Source: an uncultured Bifidobacteriaceae bacterium
GTDB lineage: Bacteria > Verrucomicrobiota > Verrucomicrobiia > Limisphaerales > UBA11358
Reading direction: 5' to 3'
NCBI GenBank assembly: GCA_964618545.1
Contig: CAZUBG010000004.1
Location: forward strand, 73 to 64,072
Length of the DNA: 64,000 bases
In this document: positions 7,788 to 15,023 of the stretch, one piece after another
How positions within the stretch are numbered: the stretch's first letter is position 1
Layout: each line of letters begins with the position of its first letter
Translations under genes and position numbers: made by a program
Notes under the pieces: model-generated
What the model was told of the DNA's origin: nothing
Databases searched by the model: none
What the model saw: only the letters and a program-made list of their open reading frames with translations

Positions 7788-10298
7788 TCACTTTTCCTCC
7801 TCGTGTTCTTTCTCGTATTTCAAAACCCCCTCGATGATGGCGAACAACGGTCCCTGCCGCGGATCCCCGTCCCTAAAAACCATCCCCACGTCCCCGATGC
7901 GCAATTCCGCCACCGGCTTCTTTGCCGCCTCCAGTTCCTCATCACTGATGTCCTGCAGCCCCAGCGGATGCAGGTCCACATAAAACCCCCACGCCGTCTT
8001 GCTCACCATGCTCCCCGGCCGGCCAAACCGCTTCTTCAACCCGATTTGCGACGGACCCGCGATGAAAAACTGATTCTTGCTCAATTGATCCCGCAAATCC
8101 TTGTAGCGCAGTGTCACGCTCAACCCCTGCTTGCGCAGGTAAATCTGAAGCTGGCTGATCGCCCCGTGCGGCTCGATGAACAGCTTGTAACTCGTCCACG
8201 GCCCCTGGTTCGGCTTGCCCGGCGGACAGGCGATTTTCGTCCCCTCCACCCGGAAACAATCACTCGAGATTTCCCCCGCGCTGTACGCCACGATCAGGTC
8301 CTGGATGAACACGTTCACATTCACATCCGTCTGCACGTCCACCGCCGTCGCCATCGCGTGTTCCACCAGAAACTTGCGGTATTCGATCAGTTCTTGGCCG
8401 CCGTGGCTCGCCAGCATCGCCGCCGCCGCCGTGAACGCCGCGTAACACACCGAATGGCTCACGCGCACCCGGTCCTGCACCCGGGCCAGATCCGGATGCC
8501 CCAGCCAGAAATCCACCTGCTTCAACGTGTACGCCACAAACTCCCGCCGCCGCACCAGCAGCTCGCGCCAGATCAAAAAGAAAAATTCATGGTGCGCCTG
8601 CATCCACTCAAAGTGATTCGCCAGCCGCCGCTGCTCGCTGATCAACACCTGCGGATACCGGCTTCGCATCGCCGCGTCGCTCGACGTGCTCTCCCCGCTG
8701 ACAATCGGCATCGTCCGGATCACCCGCTGAATCCCGTCCGGCGTCCACTTCCCGGCGAGTTGGCGGTTGTAGGAATCCCGCAGCAGCGGCTCTTTCTCCG
8801 GCGGAATCTGGTTCTGCCGGAACTCATCCAGCCACAGCGGCAGATTCGAATAATTTTCGAGCTGACACGCAATCCCCACCGCGCTCACATTCTTCGAGAT
8901 CAACCCCATCCCGGAGGGCACCCGGAAACCCGCCAGCGACATCAGCCACCCCACGAACGTGCTCTTCCCGCTCCCCATCTGCCCGCTGATCCACACGCTC
9001 GGAAAATTGTTCTGCTTGGCGAACAACTCCGGCGCCGCCAAATACCCCAGCACCGCCCCCAGACTCAGCCACCCCTCGTACCCCCCCGCCGTGTCAAAAA
9101 ACCGCCGGCTCACTTCCCGGAAAAACCCCCCGATCTGATTTTTGGGATCACCCTCATACAGGCTGCGCGCCATCGGCTCCCAATCCTCCGTGTCAAACTT
9201 CACCTGCTCCATGCACAACCCGCCGCCCTCCGGCGTCGGCGGCTGCATCTTCGGCCGTTGCTGGATGAATTCCAGTTCCCGTCCTCGTCGCGACAACGCG
9301 TAACCCTCCCCCTCATGCCAGAATATTCCGTCCTCATCCGGCAGGATGAAATGCCCGTCCCATTCAATCGCGCATTCATCAAACACCCACAACCCTTTCA
9401 AACACTCCGGCCCCGGCTCAATCTGGCTCGTTTCCGCTTTCCCGCTTTCCAAATTTCTGCTTTCGGCTTTTGCTTTTGCTGTCTTCAACTCGTACCACCC
9501 GCAATATTCAATCAGTTTGATCACCCGGTAGGCCGCTTCCTCCGTCACATCCTTTTGCAGCAATTGCAGCTCCGCATTCCCGGCCCCGCCCTCGCAACCC
9601 CAGGTGAAATTCCCCTTGCTCGCCACCCATTGCCGGAACTTTTCCGACCCCGCGTACATGTCGTTCGGCAGCACGTCCGCCCCGCCGATCTGCTGGCCCT
9701 CGCTCATCTCACCCTTGGTGTTTGTCAGCCGCACCAACCGCGTCACATTCCCGTCCGCCCCGCGCAGCAGATAAAGGCACTCCATCTTGAAATTGCTCAC
9801 CGGTTGCGGACATCCCTGCAAAATGTAATCTGCCAGCCACTTCTTCAGCCGGTGCTTCGTCGCCCCCGCCTCGCGCCGCAAATCCGTCGCCGCCAGCCAC
9901 AGGCTTTTGTTCGTCAGCTTCGTCACTGCCTTGCGCGTGTAGTAACAGCCCGGCAGCGTCATCGTCTTCCCGTTGGCCTTGCGTATCCATTCCTGCCGCG
10001 GCAGGCACCGCTCCAGCGCCGACGCATAACGCAGCGCCGCCATCTTGATGTCCGCCACCAGCGACTCATCCCGGCCCAGCTCCCGCAACTGCTTCAAGTC
10101 CCGGCGCTCCATCTCCCCCGCATTCGGCAGCAACGGCTCCCACAACAGCCGCTCCACCTCGCGCTGGACATAACGCTCCTCCTCGTCCGTGAACAATTCG
10201 AGCTGGCCGGGCTGGGACGGGTCAATCGCCGAGTCCAGGACCGCCTCAAAGGCGCGCCGCACCCAAGCATGTTGCTCCAGCGTGATGGCTGATGTCAT
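7788..10298 (-). CDS. P-loop NTPase, SF3 (D5/P4-type, DUF927-like) replicative helicase candidate
   Basis: 836-aa ORF with an ATG at 10296-10298. Walker A is GQMGSGKST and a Walker B-like motif is LPLWLDEF. Its position next to a primase gene fits the call, though the family name comes from memory of similar phage and island helicases. It contains an in-frame repeat module at 9427-9479. The mirror ORF 7803..10292(+) has R/P/Q/H shadow composition. Confidence 0.7.
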   Translation of the reverse strand: MTSAITLEQHAWVRRAFEAVLDSAIDPSQPGQLELFTDEEERYVQREVERLLWEPLLPNAGEMERRDLKQLRELGRDESLVADIKMAALRYASALERCLPRQEWIRKANGKTMTLPGCYYTRKAVTKLTNKSLWLAATDLRREAGATKHRLKKWLADYILQGCPQPVSNFKMECLYLLRGADGNVTRLVRLTNTKGEMSEGQQIGGADVLPNDMYAGSEKFRQWVASKGNFTWGCEGGAGNAELQLLQKDVTEEAAYRVIKLIEYCGWYELKTAKAKAESRNLESGKAETSQIEPGPECLKGLWVFDECAIEWDGHFILPDEDGIFWHEGEGYALSRRGRELEFIQQRPKMQPPTPEGGGLCMEQVKFDTEDWEPMARSLYEGDPKNQIGGFFREVSRRFFDTAGGYEGWLSLGAVLGYLAAPELFAKQNNFPSVWISGQMGSGKSTFVGWLMSLAGFRVPSGMGLISKNVSAVGIACQLENYSNLPLWLDEFRQNQIPPEKEPLLRDSYNRQLAGKWTPDGIQRVIRTMPIVSGESTSSDAAMRSRYPQVLISEQRRLANHFEWMQAHHEFFFLIWRELLVRRREFVAYTLKQVDFWLGHPDLARVQDRVRVSHSVCYAAFTAAAAMLASHGGQELIEYRKFLVEHAMATAVDVQTDVNVNVFIQDLIVAYSAGEISSDCFRVEGTKIACPPGKPNQGPWTSYKLFIEPHGAISQLQIYLRKQGLSVTLRYKDLRDQLSKNQFFIAGPSQIGLKKRFGRPGSMVSKTAWGFYVDLHPLGLQDISDEELEAAKKPVAELRIGDVGMVFRDGDPRQGPLFAIIEGVLKYEKEHEEEK

Positions 10299-10361
10299 AT
10301 TTTACCGCTCTGCTTTCCCCGGCGGCCGCCCCGCCCGCCCGCCCCGGCGCCTTCGTCCAAC

Positions 10362-10521
10362 TGTAGGCCCGGTCCCCTGACCGGGCGTCTCAATGGTTTG
10401 TAACCGACCAGGTCACGAGACTCTGATATTGCCCTGTCTTTTCTTCTCTGTGCCCTCGGTGCCTCTGTGGTTTAAAAACTCCGGTCTTTTCTTTGTGTTC
10501 TCTGCGTTCTCTGCGGTTAAA
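10362..10521. repeat. Intergenic modular repeat array D
   Basis: Hairpin module R6 TGTAGGCCCGGTCCCCTGACCGGGCGTC at 10362-10389, R5 variant at 10446-10477, and R1 at 10495-10521. Confidence 0.9.
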
Positions 10522-10530
10522 TTTCCCCGT

Positions 10531-11646
10531 TCAGGCCGGTGGCACCCACCATGTCACCGCCTCCGGCACCGGTGTCCCCGGCCACGCCGACACCTTCCCC
10601 CAGTGCTTTTCCAGCCAGGCCTTCACGTCCCGGCCCAGGACACCGGGCCCCAGACGCGAACTCCAATCCATCAGCGTCTCATCCGGCCACAAATGCAACA
10701 CGTCATCCCCGATCCCCGCTTGGCGGGCCAGCAGTTCAAACTGATTCAACTGGTTCCACGCGTAATGCGCCCACAAATCATTGCCGGCAAACACCTCCGT
10801 CCGCACCTTGCGCCCCAGCGCCCGGGCCCGGTCCTCAATGCGCTTCACATTCCCGCCCCGGATGTTCAACGGCTCCATGAACACCGTCACCGGCTCCAGC
10901 GCCGCCACCGCCGCCAGCGTGGACCGCAGGTCGGTCATCGAACAATCCGGATAGGCCGGCGCGACTGCCGCAAACACATGCAATCCCGCCGCCTTGGCCG
11001 CCCGTAGCGTCTCCAGCCGTTGCGACGGGGCCGGCGCCTTCGGCTCATAAATCCGCGCCAGGTCATTGTCCAGCGTTGGCAGCGACATCCCAAACGTCAG
11101 CCGGTTCCCGAACGCCTTCATCAAATCAAAATCCTGGCGTGCCAGCGGCGACCGCGTCAGCATCCGCACATTCAACGACGAATGCTCCAATATCAGTTCC
11201 AGCGCCCGCCGTGTCCCCAGTTCCAGAGTGGCAGAGGCGTCCCGCCTCTGATCCCCCGTTCCCGTTGGACTTTGAGTTCTGAATTTTGAATTCTCACGCC
11301 TCACCACCTGATACGGATCCGTCGTTGTGCAAAACATCACCGCCCGGTTGCCGTCCGCGTTCAGGCTCTGCGGTTTCTCCGCTTCCGCCTTCCTGAGCGA
11401 CGCCAGAAAAACCTTTTCATCAAACGGCCGGGGAAAAACATAATTGCCCCACTCTTCATCCGAATCCTCCACCCCGCGCGGTCGCAACACCGACGCCATC
11501 CGGTTCGTGGACACCTTGGGCACATAACAAAACGTGCAGCCATGCCCGCACCCCACCGCCACATTGCACGACCACACCGAGAGCGACTTGTGCTTGAAAT
11601 GGTTGCGTTCAATCGTCACCGGCTTTTTCCACCATTCTGTAATCAT
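10531..11646 (-). CDS. Radical SAM enzyme, SPL / COG1533 (DNA repair photolyase-like) type
   Basis: The CX3CX2C cluster motif is in VAVGCGHGCTFCYVP, and TTTDPYQ follows as in SplB-like proteins. The ATG at 11644-11646 overlaps the upstream stop (ATGA). There is an in-frame repeat-derived insertion at 11231-11295. Confidence 0.7.
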   Translation of the reverse strand: MITEWWKKPVTIERNHFKHKSLSVWSCNVAVGCGHGCTFCYVPKVSTNRMASVLRPRGVEDSDEEWGNYVFPRPFDEKVFLASLRKAEAEKPQSLNADGNRAVMFCTTTDPYQVVRRENSKFRTQSPTGTGDQRRDASATLELGTRRALELILEHSSLNVRMLTRSPLARQDFDLMKAFGNRLTFGMSLPTLDNDLARIYEPKAPAPSQRLETLRAAKAAGLHVFAAVAPAYPDCSMTDLRSTLAAVAALEPVTVFMEPLNIRGGNVKRIEDRARALGRKVRTEVFAGNDLWAHYAWNQLNQFELLARQAGIGDDVLHLWPDETLMDWSSRLGPGVLGRDVKAWLEKHWGKVSAWPGTPVPEAVTWWVPPA

Positions 11647-12077
11647 AATTTATTTGTTGTTGTTAATTGCGCCCGCAAAATCGCCCCCAAATCCGGCAGC
11701 CCAAATCTTGTCGGCCCGGTGCCCTCACCAGGCGTCCTCGTAGCCGCCGAGGTCACGAATGCCATGCCGAGGTTCGGCCTCTGATTAATTGAATCATCCA
11801 ATTCAACCACGCCGCCCGCCACACCCTGGACTGCCGAACCATCCCCCCTCTCCTTGGGGAGAGGGCCGGGGTGAGGGAGGTCATGTCTCGCCGCAGGCCC
11901 AATCTTCCCGGCCCCCGTTTCCGCTTTCCCGATTTCTGCTTTCTGCTTTTCACACTGCCGGCCCGGTTTCCACCCCGCCGAAACCTTGTTTTCTTCCTCC
12001 TGCAGAATCCGCAGCTTTTCCTTCAACTCGAACACCGGCAACCGCTCCAGATAACGGCGGTACCGCCCCGGCGTCAT
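11643..12077 (-). CDS. Hypothetical ORF composed largely of repeat modules (doubtful CDS)
   Basis: The track ORF is 11643..12206. I trimmed it to the ATG at 12075-12077 (MTPGRYRRYLERLPVFELKEKLRILQEEENK). Downstream of about 11960 the frame runs through heptad, CCCTCTCC-TTGG-GGAGAGGG hairpin, GGCCGAACCTCGGC and R6-like modules. Its stop overlaps the radical SAM start (ATGA). Confidence 0.3.
   Translation of the reverse strand: MTPGRYRRYLERLPVFELKEKLRILQEEENKVSAGWKPGRQCEKQKAEIGKAETGAGKIGPAARHDLPHPGPLPKERGDGSAVQGVAGGVVELDDSINQRPNLGMAFVTSAATRTPGEGTGPTRFGLPDLGAILRAQLTTTNKL
11709..11950. repeat. Modular repeat array E (further R1 copy at 12123-12149)
   Basis: Degenerate R6 at 11709-11737 and a GCCGAGGTTCGGCC hairpin at about 11766-11779. 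A hairpin CCCCTCTCCTTGGGGAGAGGGCCGGGGTGAGGG at 11844-11877. A heptad run at 11915-11950. R1 GTGTTCTCTGCGTTCTTTGCGGTTAAA at 12123-12149. Confidence 0.85.
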
Positions 12078-12144
12078 CGGCTGCGCCAGCTCCACGCGAA
12101 GTAAAATAATTTTTTCATCTTTGTGTTCTCTGCGTTCTTTGCGG

Positions 12145-12504
12145 TTAAATTTCCGCTTCCACGCTTTTTTGAATTTCGCTTTTCGGAAACGCCTCCGTCC
12201 GCTCATATTTTCCCCGGGCCGTCTTTTTCAGCCAGCCCTTGTCCTTTGAAAAGATCCAGATCAAGTGAGCGCAGTACTGGATCTTCCTGCCCAGCGCCGC
12301 CGCCAGCCCCTCGGCCGTGATTGGCTCCGCCATGACCCTCATCGCTTTCAAAACCTGCACATTCACCTCCGGCCCCCTGGGCCCGCTCCCCACTGACCGC
12401 CTCCTGGCCGGCACAACCGGTTCAGGTTGGACTTGGCTTGTTTCAGCTTTCTCGCTGTCGTCCGGCCGGGGTTCGGCCCGATTTCCGCTTTCATCCGCAC
12501 TCAT
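12145..12504 (-). CDS. Small putative winged-helix DNA-binding protein (119 aa)
   Basis: The ATG at 12502-12504 immediately follows the primase stop (TAAATG), which suggests translational coupling. The C-terminal half (ITAEGLAAALGRKIQYCAHLIWIFSKDKGWLKKTARGKYERT) looks wHTH-like. The N-terminal ~30 aa are repeat-encoded, and the stop is the TAA of a TTTAACC R1 module. Confidence 0.5.
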   Translation of the reverse strand: MSADESGNRAEPRPDDSEKAETSQVQPEPVVPARRRSVGSGPRGPEVNVQVLKAMRVMAEPITAEGLAAALGRKIQYCAHLIWIFSKDKGWLKKTARGKYERTEAFPKSEIQKSVEAEI

Positions 12505-14661
12505 TTACATTCCTTTCTCATTTTTGTTGTGTTTGGTTTCCGCCAGCAGTTTCACCAGCGCCCCGTCCCAGTCCGCCTTGCCCTTGGTGTTGCGCCACTC
12601 CACGGGCAGCGGCGCGTACAGCCCGCGCAGATGCCTTTCCTCCTTCAAATATTGGGCCAGGTAACGCATGTAGATCTTCGCGTCAAACCGCCGCGCCAGC
12701 GGCTTGTGGCTGTTATCCTCCTCGTCGAACGACACGATCACCCGCTGGCAGCCGGCCCCGATCAGCCAGTCCAGCAGATCCGCGCGATAATGCTTGTTGC
12801 GCACAAACGAAATCCCCGGCAGCGCGCACGACCCCACCGCCTCCCGCTTGTCCCCGTAATTCAAAAACGCCCCCGCCCCCGCCTCCTGCCAGAGCGCCGC
12901 CGCCTTGTATTCCCCCTCGCAAACCACCACCGTGAAAAACTTCTCCTCACAATGAACGCTCTCCCCCGTTCCCGATTCAAGAACCTGTCGCGGGATATAA
13001 ACCCGGCCGCTGCCCGCCGCCGTATCCGCCGCCGCCCCCCCCTTGTGTGGCCGTAACTTCACCAGCCGGCCCAGTTCGTCGAAGTACGGAATCAATACCG
13101 GCTGGCTCCAGCCCCAGTGCCACTTGTCATCCGGGTTGCGGCGCTCATTGTCCTCCTTGCGCCCCACCAGCCCCTTGCCGCAGAACTGCGGGTTGGGACG
13201 CCGATCCAGCCGCCGCTTCCGGTCCGATGGCAGCCAGAGCCCGCTGGCCGCCAGGTCATGCCAGTCAAACTCCCCCGTCATCGCCTGCAAAATCTCTTCG
13301 TTGCTCCGGGGATTCGCCCGGAAACCCAGCAGCGCGCACGTCTCCGGCGTCAACCCCCGCTTCTCCAGCAGCGACACCGGCACCCATTCCAACTTGCGCA
13401 CCACCCCCGCCGTCAGCGCCTCCGGCAACGGCGCGCCCCCCGGCAGCACCGGTCGCATCTCCGACGACGTCGGCGTCAGCTTGTCATAAAACCACCGCAA
13501 CGCCGCCATCCCCGGTGCCAGCGCGGCCGCCGGCGTCCCGTCGCCCGGCTTCCCCTTTTCCTCGTTTCCGCTGTTGCCAGGCCGAGGTTCGGCCCGGTTT
13601 CCGCATTCCGCTTTTTCGCCCGCGCCTTGAAACAACGCCACCACATTTTGCGCCACCTCCTTGATTGTACCGTCCGAAAGCGTCACGCCGCCATCCCCAC
13701 CGGCCACGGTGGAAAGGGCGGCGACTGACTGCGCTGTTTGCAACCCGTCAGCGGGATTGTTATGAACAGCCTGCGCAGCCAATGGCCCACTCGTCGGGAG
13801 CTCCGCAGACCCGGGAACAGCACTGCCCGCATTCGTTTCCCCGACATTAATTTCCGGTGCCGGCGCCGCGCCGCCATCACTCGGCGCGGACGCCGGCACG
13901 GGAACACCGCCCGACGGCGGTAAATTCTCAAACGAAATCTCCTCCGCCACCTCCGGCGGCATCACCGGATTCGGCCGCCCCCCTGTAGGCCCGGTGCCCC
14001 CACCGGGCGTCCCTTTCCTGAACGCCACCGGATTAAACCGGGCATCCACCCGGATCTCCCGCGGCTCGGCTCCCTTGGCGGGACCGACCAGTCCGCGCCG
14101 CTCCAACTCATCCATGATGCGCGCCGCCCGGGCATAACCCAGCTTCAGGCGCCGCTGCAGCAGCGAGACGCTGGCCCTTTGCTCCGCCCGGATGACATCC
14201 AGGCAATTCTGGATCAACTCCTCATCCTCGTGCTCCTCGGCCGGGGGTGCCGGTGGGGTTTTAATTTGCGGTGGATTTTGATCTGTGGAATTTGAAGTTT
14301 TCCTGGACGGCTCCTGCCACAGCCCGGCCATCTTCAGCAAATGTTCATAAGCCGGCGCCGGCCCCCATTCCGGCTTCTGCTCACTCAACCCCAGCTTCAA
14401 GTTGATATACCCCGTCTCCGCGACCACGCGGCCGCCCGTGGAACAATCCGGGTTATGACATTTGAAGAATTCGGCTCCGTCTTTGGTGTAGACCCCGGCC
14501 TTGTCTTTTTTACCGCAGAAGGGACATTGGGGAAACGACTTCCATTTATGATCAAACGGCGGCGCATCCCCCAGCTTGGAAATAACTCCCTTCAAGCCGC
14601 CCACGGCCGCGCGCACCTGCGAAAATTCCGGAAAATTTGGAGCAGAATCAGGCACACCCAC
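12505..14661 (-). CDS. Composite DNA primase: CHC2-type Zn finger + FtsK-gamma-like wHTH + Toprim domain
   Basis: The Zn finger is CPFCGKKDKAGVYTKDGAEFFKCHNPDC. The FtsK-gamma signature is RASVSLLQRRLKLGYARAARIMDELERRGLVGPAKGAEPREI. Toprim-like motifs are VVVCEGEYKAAAL and VIVSFDEEDN. The start is a GTG at 14659-14661 or 14653-14655 after AAGGGG. Three in-frame repeat modules lie between the domains. Confidence 0.75.
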   Translation of the reverse strand: MGVPDSAPNFPEFSQVRAAVGGLKGVISKLGDAPPFDHKWKSFPQCPFCGKKDKAGVYTKDGAEFFKCHNPDCSTGGRVVAETGYINLKLGLSEQKPEWGPAPAYEHLLKMAGLWQEPSRKTSNSTDQNPPQIKTPPAPPAEEHEDEELIQNCLDVIRAEQRASVSLLQRRLKLGYARAARIMDELERRGLVGPAKGAEPREIRVDARFNPVAFRKGTPGGGTGPTGGRPNPVMPPEVAEEISFENLPPSGGVPVPASAPSDGGAAPAPEINVGETNAGSAVPGSAELPTSGPLAAQAVHNNPADGLQTAQSVAALSTVAGGDGGVTLSDGTIKEVAQNVVALFQGAGEKAECGNRAEPRPGNSGNEEKGKPGDGTPAAALAPGMAALRWFYDKLTPTSSEMRPVLPGGAPLPEALTAGVVRKLEWVPVSLLEKRGLTPETCALLGFRANPRSNEEILQAMTGEFDWHDLAASGLWLPSDRKRRLDRRPNPQFCGKGLVGRKEDNERRNPDDKWHWGWSQPVLIPYFDELGRLVKLRPHKGGAAADTAAGSGRVYIPRQVLESGTGESVHCEEKFFTVVVCEGEYKAAALWQEAGAGAFLNYGDKREAVGSCALPGISFVRNKHYRADLLDWLIGAGCQRVIVSFDEEDNSHKPLARRFDAKIYMRYLAQYLKEERHLRGLYAPLPVEWRNTKGKADWDGALVKLLAETKHNKNEKGM

Positions 14662-14823
14662 CCCCTTGAAAAGAAACCGGAAAAAAAGTTAAAAAAAGAA
14701 GAAATCCAGCAGCTTGGGCATACTCTGGGCATACCCCCATCAAAACCCCCAATGAAATCAAGCGCCAGAGAAATACGTATGCGTACCATGCGAGAGATTC
14801 GTCGGCTGCCTTTGCCTTTTCCC

Positions 14824-15023
14824 TCTCTGCGATCTTTGCGATCTTTGCGGTTAAACATTCCCTGTGTTTCTTGTTTCCGCTTTGGTTTTCCCATCCGTGT
14901 TAATCCGCGAAATCCGTGGTCAAAAACGCCCCGTCTTTGCGCTCTGCGGTTAAATTTCCCCGCATCAGATCATCCCCGGTGAAGGCTGTCCGAATTGTAG
15001 GCCGGGTCCCCTGACCCGGCGTC
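14824..15023. repeat. Modular repeat array F at the right edge of the phage-like block
   Basis: R1 variant with three 9-mers TCTCTGCGATCTTTGCGATCTTTGCGGTTAAA at 14824-14855. Module CCGTGTTAATCCGCGAAATCCGTGGTCAAAAA at 14895-14925. R1 at 14933-14954. Hairpin module R6 at 14996-15023. Confidence 0.9.

Larger units (their letters stand above)
1..15023 (-). mobile_element. Phage-like or integrative-element-like gene block (partial; left end lies outside the window)
   Basis: All genes are on the minus strand. The block combines a replication module (primase, SF3-type helicase) with a small sigma-r4-like regulator and two giant ORFans typical of virion or tail proteins. Housekeeping genes begin abruptly at aspS (15331). 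No integrase, terminase, capsid or att site is visible, so the class is an inference. Confidence 0.5.

Noticed and set aside
7803-10292. 829-aa ORF on the plus strand mirroring the helicase gene. Similar long antisense ORFs are 15235..17100(-) over aspS, 19624..21990(+) over putA, 24590..26794(-) over gyrB, 27937..29340(-) over gyrA, 36614..38215(+), 51659..54172(-) over lysC/leuA, 57746..58843(+), 58976..60604(+) and 62537..63946(-).
   Set aside because: All have the R/P/H/Q/G-rich low-complexity composition typical of shadow frames in high-GC DNA. Each lies exactly opposite a gene with unambiguous family motifs, and none carries a recognisable motif.
12438-13728. Pro/Arg-rich plus-strand ORFs (for example 12438..12935, 13047..13664, 13117..13728) opposite the primase gene.
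   Set aside because: They have antisense shadow composition, and the minus-strand frame carries Zn-finger, FtsK-gamma and Toprim motifs.
1-15023. Calling the block a complete prophage with defined ends.
   Set aside because: No integrase, terminase, portal, capsid or att duplication is visible, and the left end is outside the window. It is reported only as a phage-like or integrative-element-like partial block.
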